A program made the translations under genes and the position numbers. A DNA stretch of 61,720 bases, taken from the NCBI GenBank assembly GCA_009103225.1, contig RHPI01000772.1:163500-225219 (forward strand). The letters run 5' to 3'. Below, piece by piece: positions 21,543-34,300 of this stretch (position 1 is the stretch's first letter; each line of letters starts with the position of its first letter). Origin of the DNA: Chlorokybus atmophyticus. Lineage: Eukaryota; Plantae; Mesostigma and Chlorokybus algae. The notes under the pieces were generated by a model. It did not search any database. It was given only the letters and a program-made list of their open reading frames with translations, and was not told the origin of the DNA.

Positions 21543-24500
21543 CACATGACGAGGTCTCTCCTTTCTTCGCTTAGCAGCTTGTGAAAAACATAAGGCACAT
21601 CAAACTGTCCAAAAAGCTGGTGCTCCTGCGCCTTCCACCATCCAAGGTGACTGCTGAGGCCGTGTGGCCACCGGTTACCATGCCTCAACTCCCTAGGCCA
21701 TGCGTTTCTCATCACGGTTAGGCGATTGTCAATCTCAGCCTTGCTGACCTGCTCGTCCCCACCATCAGAGTGCAGGCTGTCAAGCTCTTGGCCAGTCCTT
21801 TGGCTAGCGTGTGCATGGTATCAAACACCATGTCCAGGCATGGGTCAAACTTGTACATCCGCCAAAGCCTCCACAAAGGCGACAGCCCGTTGACGCCATA
21901 CGTCTTGGCCTTTTCTTTCTTGAGAGTGGGATCTTCTGTGCTCTCAACTTCGTAGGCCAGCTCGTACGTGGCCTCTGCAGTTCTTTTGGCAAATGGATGG
22001 CAACTGTGGTAGCGGCTGCTAGCGTAGTGGAAGTCAGTCCTGTTTCTTCGGGTTTCTTCGACAACATCGCTGCCAGTGCTGGGATCTCGAGTGACTTTTT
22101 TGGTGACAATAGAGTACTGGATATAAGTTGCCAGCAGGCAACAAGCCCTGCAACCGCATAAGCCGCCATTTTTGGATTGCCCCATCTCGCTTTGGGCGGG
22201 ATTGTCACCGGTAATGTTCATGACCATGGCTCTCAGGAAAACCTTTTCACCTGCAAAAACCCGTTGCATCAAGGCCCATTGATGATGTGTGCGCAGCGCG
22301 TGTGAAGCTACGCGCAGGACACAACCGCGACTGTCAACATGGACTGTCCCGTACAGTGGACAGCTGCACAAAGCTAGTTGCTGTTGACAGTCGTCGCGGA
22401 CAGTCTTCGAAACAGGCCCTCAATGGACTCGTAACAGGTAACAGGCAACCAATGGTTTTCATAACAATGACAGTCGCTATTTACAGCCCTCGATGGAATT
22501 TGTGCTTGCTCTTCTCAATTCGTCACAATGCGATTTGAAGAATGACAGGCGACATCGACAGTCACATGCATGACACAACATAACGCACGAGGTCTGGTGA
22601 ACAGTATGCGAGCGTACCGGCTAATCGGTGTGGGAGCTTGATGTCCACCCGGCTGGAGTTCAAACCGTAGTGCGTGGGGAAGCCCATGGCGTACAAATCC
22701 TCCAGCTCAGCCAGCAAGGGTTTACTAAACGGGTTCAGACAGTCCTTGTCAGCGTCGAGTGGTTCGTCAACTGGGACAAATACCACGGGCATGATGGAAG
22801 ACGCCTGTGAGCTGACGCGCTTGCCTCCGTTAAGTACAACAACGTTGATGACAAGGCTGCTCCGCTTTGTAGTTGATGCGCAGCTGAAACCATCACTGTG
22901 TAGCATAAACGCAATGCTGCGCGGGTCTCCAGTACACTGCTGCGCAGCCTCTTCATTGTCATGGGAGCACTCGCAATGCCATTTCTGTGCTAACCATCCC
23001 TGTGCTGGGACAAGTCAATATCGTAGTTGTAGCGTCCACAATCGCATTTGTTTGGCAGAGGAATGGTCTTCGTGCAGTCCCAAAAAGAAGAGAATTCTCT
23101 CCACTTGCTGCCATGCTAATCTTCCCATTGAGGCGCTCGGGGCTGGTCAGCTGGCACGTCGAGCCATGTGTCTTTGTCTCGCCAAGCAGCAAGGTTGTCA
23201 TATGCAATAAAAGGTACTTGCAGCCACGGACCGAGCCTTGGACCAATGGGTGTGTACAAAGTCAATGCACTCCTTGCGCGTGCGCCCGCATTGGCCTCCG
23301 CACGGCTGTTTCCACAAGCGCTTTACAAGCTTGTGGCGACTGTCATCTGCCTCATAGCTGTCCTCGCTGTCATCATGGCCGGATGGGTAAGCATCTGAAA
23401 AGAGATAACTGCATCTCGTGCATGCTGTATATCTCTGTGACTCTGGCATTCCGATGGAAGTCAGCAATGCATCGACAGCCGTGATGTCTTCTGGGAGGGG
23501 TTGCGCTGGCCGAGCAAGGCGTGGAGGTCATTTCGCAGCTGACTGTGGTTATAAGCAGAATCCTTGGCAAGCTGAACGATTGAATGCTCGCCGAAAACAA
23601 TCTTCAGCACCTTATTGATCGGTGATTGCTGGGCATGAGAGTCCTCCAAGTCTGTCAGCAGTGACATGAACTTATCCAGCATCTTTTGTGTAAGTGTCTC
23701 TAAGGTTTGTTGTTGGCAAAAAATGCCTGGTTGAGGGGTATCGCATTGTGCTGAAGGCATTGGCGGTGGGTGCATACTTTCTTGCGCCGCCGTGTCCAGT
23801 CGCATGTGGGCCATGGCAGTCTCCAAGTCAATCAACTGCCCAAAAGAACGGGCTGTCAACGACTGAAGTATGGTTCACAACGTGCGCGTATAGCAGTGGG
23901 CGGACATGACAGACGCATGGACAGCCTCAGTGCATGTCCAACAAACGTGCGCGCTATGTTGAGTGAGCATGAGCAACATGATTAGTGCTCACCTTGCCAT
24001 GGCACCTCAGGCAAGAGCAAATCCTTTGAGAGACTTCTTGCTGCTCGGGTTCTTCAACAGCCTCCTCGTCATTAGTCAGCGCATGCAAGTCGTCAGTTGG
24101 CATGTTAACAGTCTCTTGCAGGTCTGATTGTTGCCATGGTTGCTGAGAGGGGGCAGCACTGCTAGTGCCGGCCACGTTGACAGTCGGCTGTGGATCAGAC
24201 TGATGTTGAAGTGGAGTTGTCGCTGCACTGCCGCTGCCAGCCATTTTGACAGTCGGCTGTCCATTGAATTGCGGTGGAGCTGTTGCTGCACTGCTGGTGC
24301 TGGCAACATTGACACTCGGCTGTCCTCCTAACTGTTGCCTTGGGTGAAGTGTGGCTGCCACTCCACTTATAGTGATGCCAGCCACATGGACAACCGGCTG
24401 TTGATTTGGGAGGCCTACAGAAATCTTCAGCTAGACCATATGCACCATCACCTGACAACAATACACAGCAAGGCAGCTAGTGCACGCAGGTCGTTGACGG

Positions 24501-25819
24501 TCTCCTAGCATGGTAAAGGCTGTCACAGCTAGGATAGTAGGTGGCATGCACAGTAGACCGCGTGACCATTGCAGAGAAGAGGGTAAGGTAAGCAAGTTAA
24601 CTTACGCTCATGCTGCTGGCTAATCTCGCCATCCAGCTGGTTGTGTGTGGCCTCAAATTCATGGGCAGGCTGTAAGCTGTCAACATCTTGCTGGACATCA
24701 GCCGCAGCTCCCTGCTCCGGCAAGGGTAGAGAACTCTCATTGGCTGCGACGGCGGTGCCTACGACTGGTGTTCCTGTTATCAGCTGGTTGCAAGTTGATT
24801 CCCAGCTTAGTACTTATGTCCCTAGCAGACTTGACAGCCTTTTTGCTTGCCATTGGTTCCACCCCAACATTCCACCACCGCCACCACCACCACAAGAGGC
24901 CGCCGCCGCCCGCCCGCTCTCTCTACCGGCGCCACCTGACTGAGCGGTAAAACCCTACTGCACAGACCACGGTATTTTGAGCCCGTGCACGTGAGATGAC
25001 AGCCCATGCACGGTGCGACTGTCATATGTAGTCACTGCCCACCGTGCGATGGGTCAAACCGACGGCTGCACTTGACAGTCGCAGCGTAAAAAGAAGGGAT
25101 AAAGTAAAGAGGGAGGGGGTAGCTGCTGCCGGACCTAACTAGTGCTCTCTCCCTCTGCCGCGTACAAGGTATGTCTCGCAGAAGGGCCGTGCGAGATGCA
25201 CCCCTCTACGCGGAGAGGGAGAGAGCACTGAGTGGGCCACGCAGCAACACATTTTGCATAGCTGTCCTTAAAATGAAGCACCCCACTAGCTAACTCTGCG
25301 CGAAGGCTGGGTGTCATTGTGGCCGTCGATCTAGGCACATCGCACGGTGGGCAATGTATGTATACATAGAGTTAAGACTTGACAGTCGCACCATGCATGG
25401 TGCGACTGTCCATGAGCAGAGCACACTCGGACCAGGAAGGCTTGGTTAGGTTAAGGACCATGAATTGAGAGCTTTACTTTATGCAGTCACTGCCCATCGT
25501 TCGTGTATGCTTGGATCGACGGTCACAAGAGGCTAGGCCAGTAGCCCAGCTTCTGTGCAAATTCAGCTGAAAGGTGCTTTATAATGCAAATTACCACCAT
25601 GCTTGTTAGCTTTGAGGGAGGTTGTTGATGCTTCCCTCATCTGCAATCTTGATGGCTGCCGTGTAGAAGGATGTCGATGGACGGCTTCCACAAGCGTGCA
25701 TCCTTCAACACGGCTGCCATGAAGAGTGCAATTGGCGGGTTCATCAGCGCCTCACCTTATAGCTAATCGCAACCCATTTTGTTAGCCAATTGTTCGCCAA
25801 AACATAGCTCAAATCATTC

Positions 25820-26385
25820 TTAAGGACCATGCATGGTCCGCGATCTTACGAGAATCTGGACCAGTAACGGTTTGGTTACGTTAAGGACCATGCATGGTCC
25901 GCACTCTTACGGAAATGTGGACCTGTATGAGCTTTTGTGAGCCGCAGACTATGCACGGTGCGTGCTGCTTGTCCAAAATGACCGATAAGCTCATTGTGCA
26001 CCAGCAATGGTCCGCCCAATAATTCCGGTTCGGATCAGTTACTTTGATGTTATCTACCGGAACATATATGGTCCAGCGTTGATGTAGTCCGGACCATGCA
26101 TGGTCCGGACACCCATTGACAGTCGGACCGGCAATATTCCTGGTCCGGCTGCAAACCATGTATGGTCCGGACTCCCGCGGCAAAAGCGACCAGAAACATA
26201 TCTGGTCCGGCCGCGCACCATGTACGGTGCGTTATTGCGCCCACCAGGATTCACGGCCCCGAACGGACCAGGAACGGTTCGTCCCCCGCGGACCAGGCAG
26301 TCTTGGCCCGCAGGGGACGGACCATGTATGGTGCGCGGGGTCCGTGGAAGGACCATATCTAGTCCTTTAAACGTCAATCCGTGTG
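25820..26385 (-). mobile_element. Terminal region (5' end) of the CACTA element carrying the 17.7-24.9 kb transposase
   Basis: The same TIR AACGTCAATCCGTGTG at 26370-26385, with a subterminal array similar to 21260-21542. The partner TIR was not found. Confidence 0.8.
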
Positions 26386-28388
26386 GATATGTTTATCTCC
26401 ATATAAGTATATATATGTCCGCATGTATATAAGTAAGTGATATACTTACAAACAGAGCAAGTTCATAATATACCGCATTTTTCTTTGTAAGCATTGGTAT
26501 ACATATGATAACTGCGCGGCGTCATGCAGCAGCGTGACGCTGCGGCATTGCGTAATAGCGTCACACAGTGACGTTGTGACGCTGCTGCGCGACGTGACTC
26601 TCCTTGCAAGTATACTCTCCGAGAGACTCTATTAAACTTGCGAATTTTTTCTCGATATTGTATGTTTACATATATAAGTAACACTTACAACCAATAATTG
26701 CTCGATAAACCATCGGTTCCGTAACATTTTGTGCTTGTAGGTACGTACGTACAAAGACGATACTTATAGTGAAATTCGGACTGTGATACTATTGTTGCAT
26801 TCATTGCAAAGCGCGGGCCGAGTTAATGACCCTTCACATTGTTGTTACTTACAGTACTCAACTTGACCAATTGGTACAGTTGAAGACTGCATCAAAATGT
26901 TTTATTTCGATATCATCAAGTGTTGAGATGCGGTGTGGTTCATAACACATGTGTGGATGCGGGGTAACTTTAACATACGTCAATGCACCCCTTTTAAGGG
27001 ACATGTAGGTTGATGCCGCGTTTATAGCATAACACGACATTTTAAGTTAAAGGAGCTCCTGCAACAAACATTCGTCAACAGCCCAAAAACTTTTCTTATT
27101 AATTGTCAACATCAACTCGTGTCTTTCGGATATTCTTATAGGCATGCATCAGGCCACGCTATTAGTACTTAAATCTGAAGTCATCAATGAGTAGCTGAGG
27201 TACATAAGTTTAAAAAATCGTAGACTACCTCAATTGTGGGTCTTCTCTGCTGCTTCCATGCCAAAAGTTGATATAAAAACAATCATTGACTTAAGGTCAC
27301 GTAGCTGTGAACTTGTTTAAGCAAAGAAAAAAACTTTCAGTCATAAGATCATTCAGTGATAATGACTACTCTTATATAGGTAGCTTGGTCTAAACAACAT
27401 TTTATACACCTTGTCCTTTGTTAACCAACATGTCATCTTGTTGCATGCGAGCTGTTGTAGGCTGGCGTGAACTGCACCGCAGTGGAATGCCATGCAGGTA
27501 GTGGTTTCCTTTTTCAAGCTCATACGCAAGCAGCAAATTACGAGGCTGCATACTGCATGAAAAACAATGCATCATCTAATCACATAAGCTTTAAAATTAC
27601 TCTAATTTTATTTTACTTTGGAGTTACTTTAAAGCTAGTATTCATTTAACATGATGCAAGATTGTTGCAGGGGAGCGACATGCTCTCTTGTTGTCATATT
27701 GTGCAACTGTGAAGATTTGTTTAATGATAACATAGTAAGGGTTGTGAGTTGACTTGACTAAATGTGGCTATACTTTGTAAAATTGTCCCTTAAATTAACA
27801 GTATGTATTATTAGCTTGTCAGGCTTATACATCCCATGACAAGTAGTTTAGCCAAAGTGTGATGTTTAACACATGTGCTAGTCGGGGGTTTGCCATTGCC
27901 TATCGAAGTGCACCATCTTGGAGTTGCAAAGACCGCTCAACAAGTTGTCATGTTAAGAAGGACACAACAACTTAGTATCTGGATTTGGCTTTCGTCCACA
28001 TTGAGCCCGACATACACCACAAGATGCATCATCCATGATATGTAGAAGAGCATTATTTGTAGCCTACAAGTATGGTGCCGTACTAGCGGTGGTTTCACGC
28101 CCTCTGCACGCATGCGCGCACGCTTTTACATGCACACGCACTATGCAAACTGCAAACAGACGTCGCACTGCTATAGTTGCTACCGCAATCTATTATATAC
28201 TCTAGATAACTCTAGATAACACAGCTTTACCGAGCCGGGGATAATGACAATCAACGCAAGCCCGCCACGTGGTGTTCTGTTGCCTCCGCATGGGTGGGTA
28301 GCTTACGTGTCACCAAAGTCACCACTGTAGGTACATGTGGCCGCCTGATGAAGCGGGATGTGGCCATTGCGTGACAACGGCCGCGAGA

Positions 28389-31300
28389 TCACCTTGTGCC
28401 CAAGCCACTGCATCTGGACATCATGTTCTTCCCTAGCTTGTAGGCCACCTGGGCAGTGACGAGGATGGTGCCCAGGACCGGCCCAAATGCCTGCTGAAGC
28501 GCCTCGACCTGGCTGTCATCCACGTGATCATCGTGGCTCTCGACCTTCTTTTGATAGGTCAAATACACCTCGCTGCATATTAGCGCCAGAAACATAAACA
28601 CCGTCCTGTGTAGACACAGTAGGGTGCATGATGGGTAAGCAAATCATAACGCCTTCACCCAGCATGCCAGCCAAGTTGCATATATGTGCCTGATCAACAA
28701 GAACAAATCTTAAACAAATGACGGTCAGTACAAGCGATAATGAAATAGAAACAGCATGTATGTCAACCCAGCACAACCAGCAGCTTATGTACTTGCAGGG
28801 CCGACACACGCAACACTACCTTGTGGTGTGGATAAAGTTGCACCCCCAGGACTTGCAAAACATACAGACTCACCCAAAGTAAGACAGGCCAAAGGCAATG
28901 CTGAGCAGAGTGCTTGTGGCGCTGGTGAGAGGGAGGAAGAGCAGCCACGCGATGTAGAGCAGAAGGCAGTTGCCGCCCCAGGCGAGCGTCTGCAAGTTGT
29001 TGAGTTTGGGGCTGGAGTAGGGGACGGCGTGGACGTTGAGAGCCATGCACATGACAGCTACGGCGAGGGCGATGAGGATTTGCTGCTGCGTGCCAAGCCC
29101 GCCGAGGAAGACAGCGATGAGGATGAGCACCAGCTTCTCCAGTGTCACAATGAATTCCCAGAAGAACATGCTGCGCTTGTAGCCCGTGTACAGGAAGCCG
29201 TAGTACTTGACCGTGCGCTCGCTCCCCAGCTTCACGCGGCGCTGCCACAGCATGAGGTATGCGCCGATGGGCAAACCTAAGGCAAAAATAACAATGCCAG
29301 GAATGCCCACCGCGAGAACCTGCAAGCTCAACATGGATCAGTGCATAGCCGTAACCACACTTGTGGACGCGAAGTCGCACTCGCAGTTCGCGAATATGAC
29401 GCAACAGGTGATGGCTCACCATTGTCAAGTGCGTTCCAGTGTAGCACTGGTCATTGATGTATTGGTCCCAATACAGGCCAACGGCACGTGCATTTGCGTC
29501 GTATGGCACTCCCAGTGAGTCAATCTTTCGGCAGGCGAACAAAGAGATCAGCTGCTTCGTAATTGCGGGCCACAGGAAGAACTCCACCACGATGATAGTA
29601 ACAACAGTCCTGCACGCCACATGGTTAAGGGATATGACAACAAACGGCTGCGTTCAATGTTTACCAACACTGCTCTAAACATCACAACTCACCCTTGGAT
29701 GTATTTGCGAAGCTGTGGTGTATTAGCCCTATGGCGATACCGGAACTTTGCAAACGAGTAAACCAACAGCCATACGCCCGCAGGAGCGAGGATGCCGGCA
29801 ATTGGAAGCAAGGCATATGTCAGCACCAGTTGATAGTATTTGTTCAGTGAGCCCGAGTTGTCCATGAGACAATAGGCTGATACGATGCCGTCCCTGCGAG
29901 TCCACCAGGCAAGTCAGCAAAAGCGCACGCATATGTGATGCGCAGCTAGTTTGCAGAGAGGAATGTACCCAAAGGAAGCTGCCGAGGATAACACCGACAC
30001 TGCCGTACTCACAAAGCCGGGAAAGTTGAAGGACACACCAAACGCAATAGAAGTCACTTGTATGTAAGTGATGATAACCTTAACAGGATACAGTCCGTCA
30101 GACACAAACCAACAACATGCAGCTTAGCATGTGACATGTGATACAGAAGTTTTGTTGAAATAGACAAAACACAGACCTTGCAAATGGCCTGAATGACCTG
30201 CCCAAGCGGGACGCGTCCGTGCTCATCGGGTGTATCATCCAGCTCCGTGTTCAGGGCGGCCTGTATGAACAACGGTTGGAGGCCACATTCCAAAGACCGT
30301 GTTAACAGCATAACAATGTGACCGAAGCCGCATTGTTACCCTTGTGATGAGGATGATTGCGACGAAAGTGATGAGGGAAATGCCCGTGTACGCAATCGCG
30401 TTCACTAATTTGGAGCTGCACTTCTGGCATTGGAAGTTGCTTGTTCCACCACTGGTTTCCCAACCGTCACGGCACACCCCGCAAAGATTGCCTGCATAGC
30501 TGCGCACATGGATTGTGGTAAGCTTGTCTGCAAGCAACAACCTGCAATGGTAACACGATGCTGCAACTGCCAGCTGGCTAGACAAAAGCACGAAGTTCAC
30601 CAATGTTGGAGCAGACATGTGCAGTCGCATGCATACTGAGATGCGCAAGCTCACCCCTCTCTGCATTGCTGGACTTGCTCCCAACTTCTATTGCGAATGG
30701 AGTCCTCAAGAACTGTAGAACGATTGTCGTAAGCGCAAGCATCCTTGTTCGGACATTCGTGGAACTGGAACGAGTGTTCGGCAGAGTGCCAGTAGCCGCC
30801 AGCAGATATAACGACAGACCCTCCCAAGCAGTCGGCGCCAACAGGACACACTTCACACGTGAGGTTGGTGGGATCCCATGAAAAGAGGGGCCGCTCGCAG
30901 AACGTGCACAGCGTGTTGTCAGTGTTGTTCGCTTCTCCAAGCAGGCACGGTCGAATGGTCACATTGACGTTCACAGGCGGCAGGCTTGGGTAATCGTATG
31001 ACAGCAGCTGAAAGGAGCAGACACCCGGCACAGATACAATGGCCAGATTGCTGAAGTTGGCCAGGCCTTGCTGTGCCGCAGTGTATGTTTGGCCTGCAAC
31101 AACATCGTAGTGTGTTATAACTTGGCCTCCGTGTATCACCAGAGACATGATTCAACAATGTGCACAGACCGTCCAAGCGGCCGCTGCTGCTGGTGTAACC
31201 TGCATAGAACACCAGTTGACTTCTGTTGCCAGCTGTCACAACTTGGCCGAGAGCGTCCATGACTGTTAGGGTCAGGTTCGAGAGGGGCCGGGTGCTTGGT

Positions 31301-34300
31301 TGGGCCAAGTAGTTACCTGCGGCTAACTGGAACTCAGCTGGATCTGTCGCCAGCGTCGGACCGTAACCATTGATAACACGGTTGCCAGTCTGCACGTATA
31401 GATGCACAAGTACCAGTGATGCTCTGTCAAGTAGCATGCTGCTTCAAGCCCAAGTCAAACCATCTTACACAGTAGCATTAACAAACAAACGGTGTTGGCC
31501 TGTCAGCTGCATTGCCATGACAAAATTGCACGAGTAGATACGCAGCCATGCCTGCACATCAACTGCAACCAGTCACATAGACAGTGGCACACGCTGACAC
31601 GTACCCATCCGGAACAACCTGCCGCACTGCGTTGCCCACTGCAGGTGATGTTGGGTGTCAAAGTGCTGAGGATGGCACCGCCACCAACGCCAACAGCCGT
31701 GTTGTTATCAAAATCGCTGGAGTCAATGGCTGCGCACACCCCAGTGGGTCCGCAGGCCGCATACACACCGCCTCCAGTTCGAGCACGATTCAACACGAAA
31801 ACACTGTTGCGGATGATGCTATTTGCAGCTGTATCGCAGTGGCGACCATCTATGTTGATGGCACCTCCGCTTTCAGACGCACTGTTTGAGATGAAGGTTG
31901 AACCCTGTAGGATTTGTCTTGTCATAATATCGTGCACTACAGACAGCACGAACTAGTAATGTGCAAGAGGTCCTCTCAATGTAGGATGCAATACTCACGA
32001 TTATTGTTGTCGTCTCCAACAATGCACACATGTCTGGAACCTGTGTGCCAGCGCCACCCAAGAACATACCGCCACCATCCTGTGACATTGCCAGCATGTA
32101 AGAAAAATTGATGTGGCGCAAGTTAGCACTGCAATAGCAGGAGCTCGTGTTACAGCGTCCCAGGCATGTTGACGTGGCAACATGCCTGGGACGAGCAGTT
32201 CTCGAACCGCGATCCTGCCACTGTTAGGCTTCCAGTCTCATCAAAGACGCCTCCTCCTGAGACCTGTGCTGCGCAATTGTGTATGATTTGGTCCGACGGC
32301 TAATTGATGACATTGCATCCCCGTCATGGAGTACTGCAAAGCTTCAACAGCACTCTTTTGAGCAGATCTAGATCGTCATGCAATGAGCTATTGTGCGCAT
32401 ACCCGGGCTGTAGCTTCTGTAAAGTTGCACCCAGTGCATGTAACCGTGTGATTGACACGCGCTGAGTCATTGCGTATTATGGGATCTTGCAGGGTGACAA
32501 CGCCCAGGTCCTGGAGAAGCACAGTGTGGCACTGTTCAGGCACACGCCAACAAGGACTACAGATGCTGCTTCAGTTGTGGTGCTGCGCGTGAGAATTGTC
32601 GACGTACTGAGTATGTGCCTGCGCTGATCCAAAGAGCACCTCCTGATACCTGCAGTGTTGCCCGTTTGATTATCATAGTCAGACAACCCAATGTACACAG
32701 GAGCTGCACTGCATGCAAGAAGCCCTTACCAATGCAACATCTTGGAAGAAGGTGCAATTGGTCAAGGCAGCCACAGCTTGGCTTGCGATGGCACCGCCAC
32801 GCGTCTGAGACAATGTAGCGTTGGTGCAACAAGAATAGAAGGTGTGTGTTTCGTGAGCGTTCAAGTTGTGCTGGGTTAAAGAGCCACCGTAACATTGGAA
32901 ACAAGAGCACGCACCGCATTGTGCTGAGAAAAGCGGCTGCGCAGAACACGCAACACGCTTGTGCCGGCGCTGTATATTCCACCCCCAAATCGCTGCAAGC
33001 GAAAGACATGCACGCGTTAGCAGCCTCACATCGATGAGCTGCAGCTACAATCAACAGCAAGGCTGATGATGCTTCTGCTTACCCCGGCAACATTGCGAGA
33101 CAAAACTGTATCGCGCACAGTCAACGCGTCAACACTGTCTGCAAAGTAAATTGCTCCACCATCCAGTGATGCATTGTTTGCCGTAAAGTTGCTTGCAGCC
33201 ACCGACACATTGTTGCCAACTTCCGCCATCAATGCAGCACCAGTCTACTCGCGAGCATTTTGTACGTCATCATCGGGTTTTCAGAAAGTCCGAGCGCCAA
33301 CACTGTATTGGGACTGCGCTTACCACAGCTGTGTTGTTAACAAATGTGGCATTGTCAATGTCCATGGTGCTAAAAACCAAGTAAATTGCACCTCCACCCT
33401 GTCAGTACAGTCATGTCAACGTCAGTGATGGCAGCTGCCACTGCTGTAAAAACAAAAAATGAACACGTGAAACCACATTGCCCAACATGCATGCCACTAT
33501 GCAGCATGCATGGTCACAATGAGGCCGTAATAGATCAAGAGACTCACATCCTTGGCTTGGTTGAGACTAAAGGTACTGTCTATGATGTTGGCCTTGCTGT
33601 TTTGAAAGGACAATGCGCCGCCAGTAGAAATGGAGCTGCCGTTGCAGGCATTGCTAACAAAAGTGCAGCGCTCAAATGTTGAATTGGCTTGTAGCCCCGC
33701 GAAAGCACCTCCATTCTGTACAGCACTGTCATAATGCGCTGTTATACAAGCACACCCATACAACAACACCCAACTGCACCCACATTGTTGGCAGTGTTCT
33801 CGGTGAAAGTGCAGTCCGTCAAGACCGTCGTGTTCTCATTTTGAATGCCGCCGCCTACATAGCCTTTATTATGCCGAAACGTACAACCAGATATGGTTGC
33901 TGTGCCTCCAACTGCAAGCAACAGCGCACCTCCGTTCTGTGGCACAGACACAAATCTCGTCAACCACAGCTGTCATCAAACCTGTTAGACCAAATGCATC
34001 TCAGTGACATTGCAATGACAAAACAACAAAGGAGAGTGTACCAGTACAGAATTAGACATCCTGTAATGGTGAACAAGCGTGGCCCAGCAAACGCAGATAA
34101 CTGAACAGCTGGTGACGCAGATAGAGAGACGAAGGGACTACTAGTGCACAGCACCTTGTTGCATACGCCAACAGTTCACACTTACATTAAGCGCAGAGTT
34201 GCGTATGAACTGCGAGTCTGACAGGTGGAGTATCCCTTTAGAGATGCGGATGGCGCCTCCAGACTCAGCAACCTTATTTCCGGTGAACGTGCACCTTTGA

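Larger units (their letters stand above)
17700..24900 (-). pseudogene. Multi-exon CACTA/EnSpm (Transposase_21/Plavaka-like) transposase gene, interrupted by the 19515-21542 element
   Basis: VFVPVDEP...LNPFSKPLLAELEDLYAMGF (22.6-22.8 kb); VFLRAMVMNITGDNPAQSEMG...GLCGCRAC (22.1-22.3 kb); VFDTMHTL; HLLDILRRHGHHDVFWCYAFKR (DUF4218-like, 19.2-19.4 kb). Outer limits and exon boundaries are approximate. Confidence 0.8.

Noticed and set aside
21159-21715. Multiple overlapping G/P/R-rich ORFs and a CRISPR-like repeat appearance (also 2134-2454 and 25881-26432)
   Set aside because: They arise from irregular GGACC/GGTCC subterminal repeats. There is no fixed repeat-spacer period and no cas genes.
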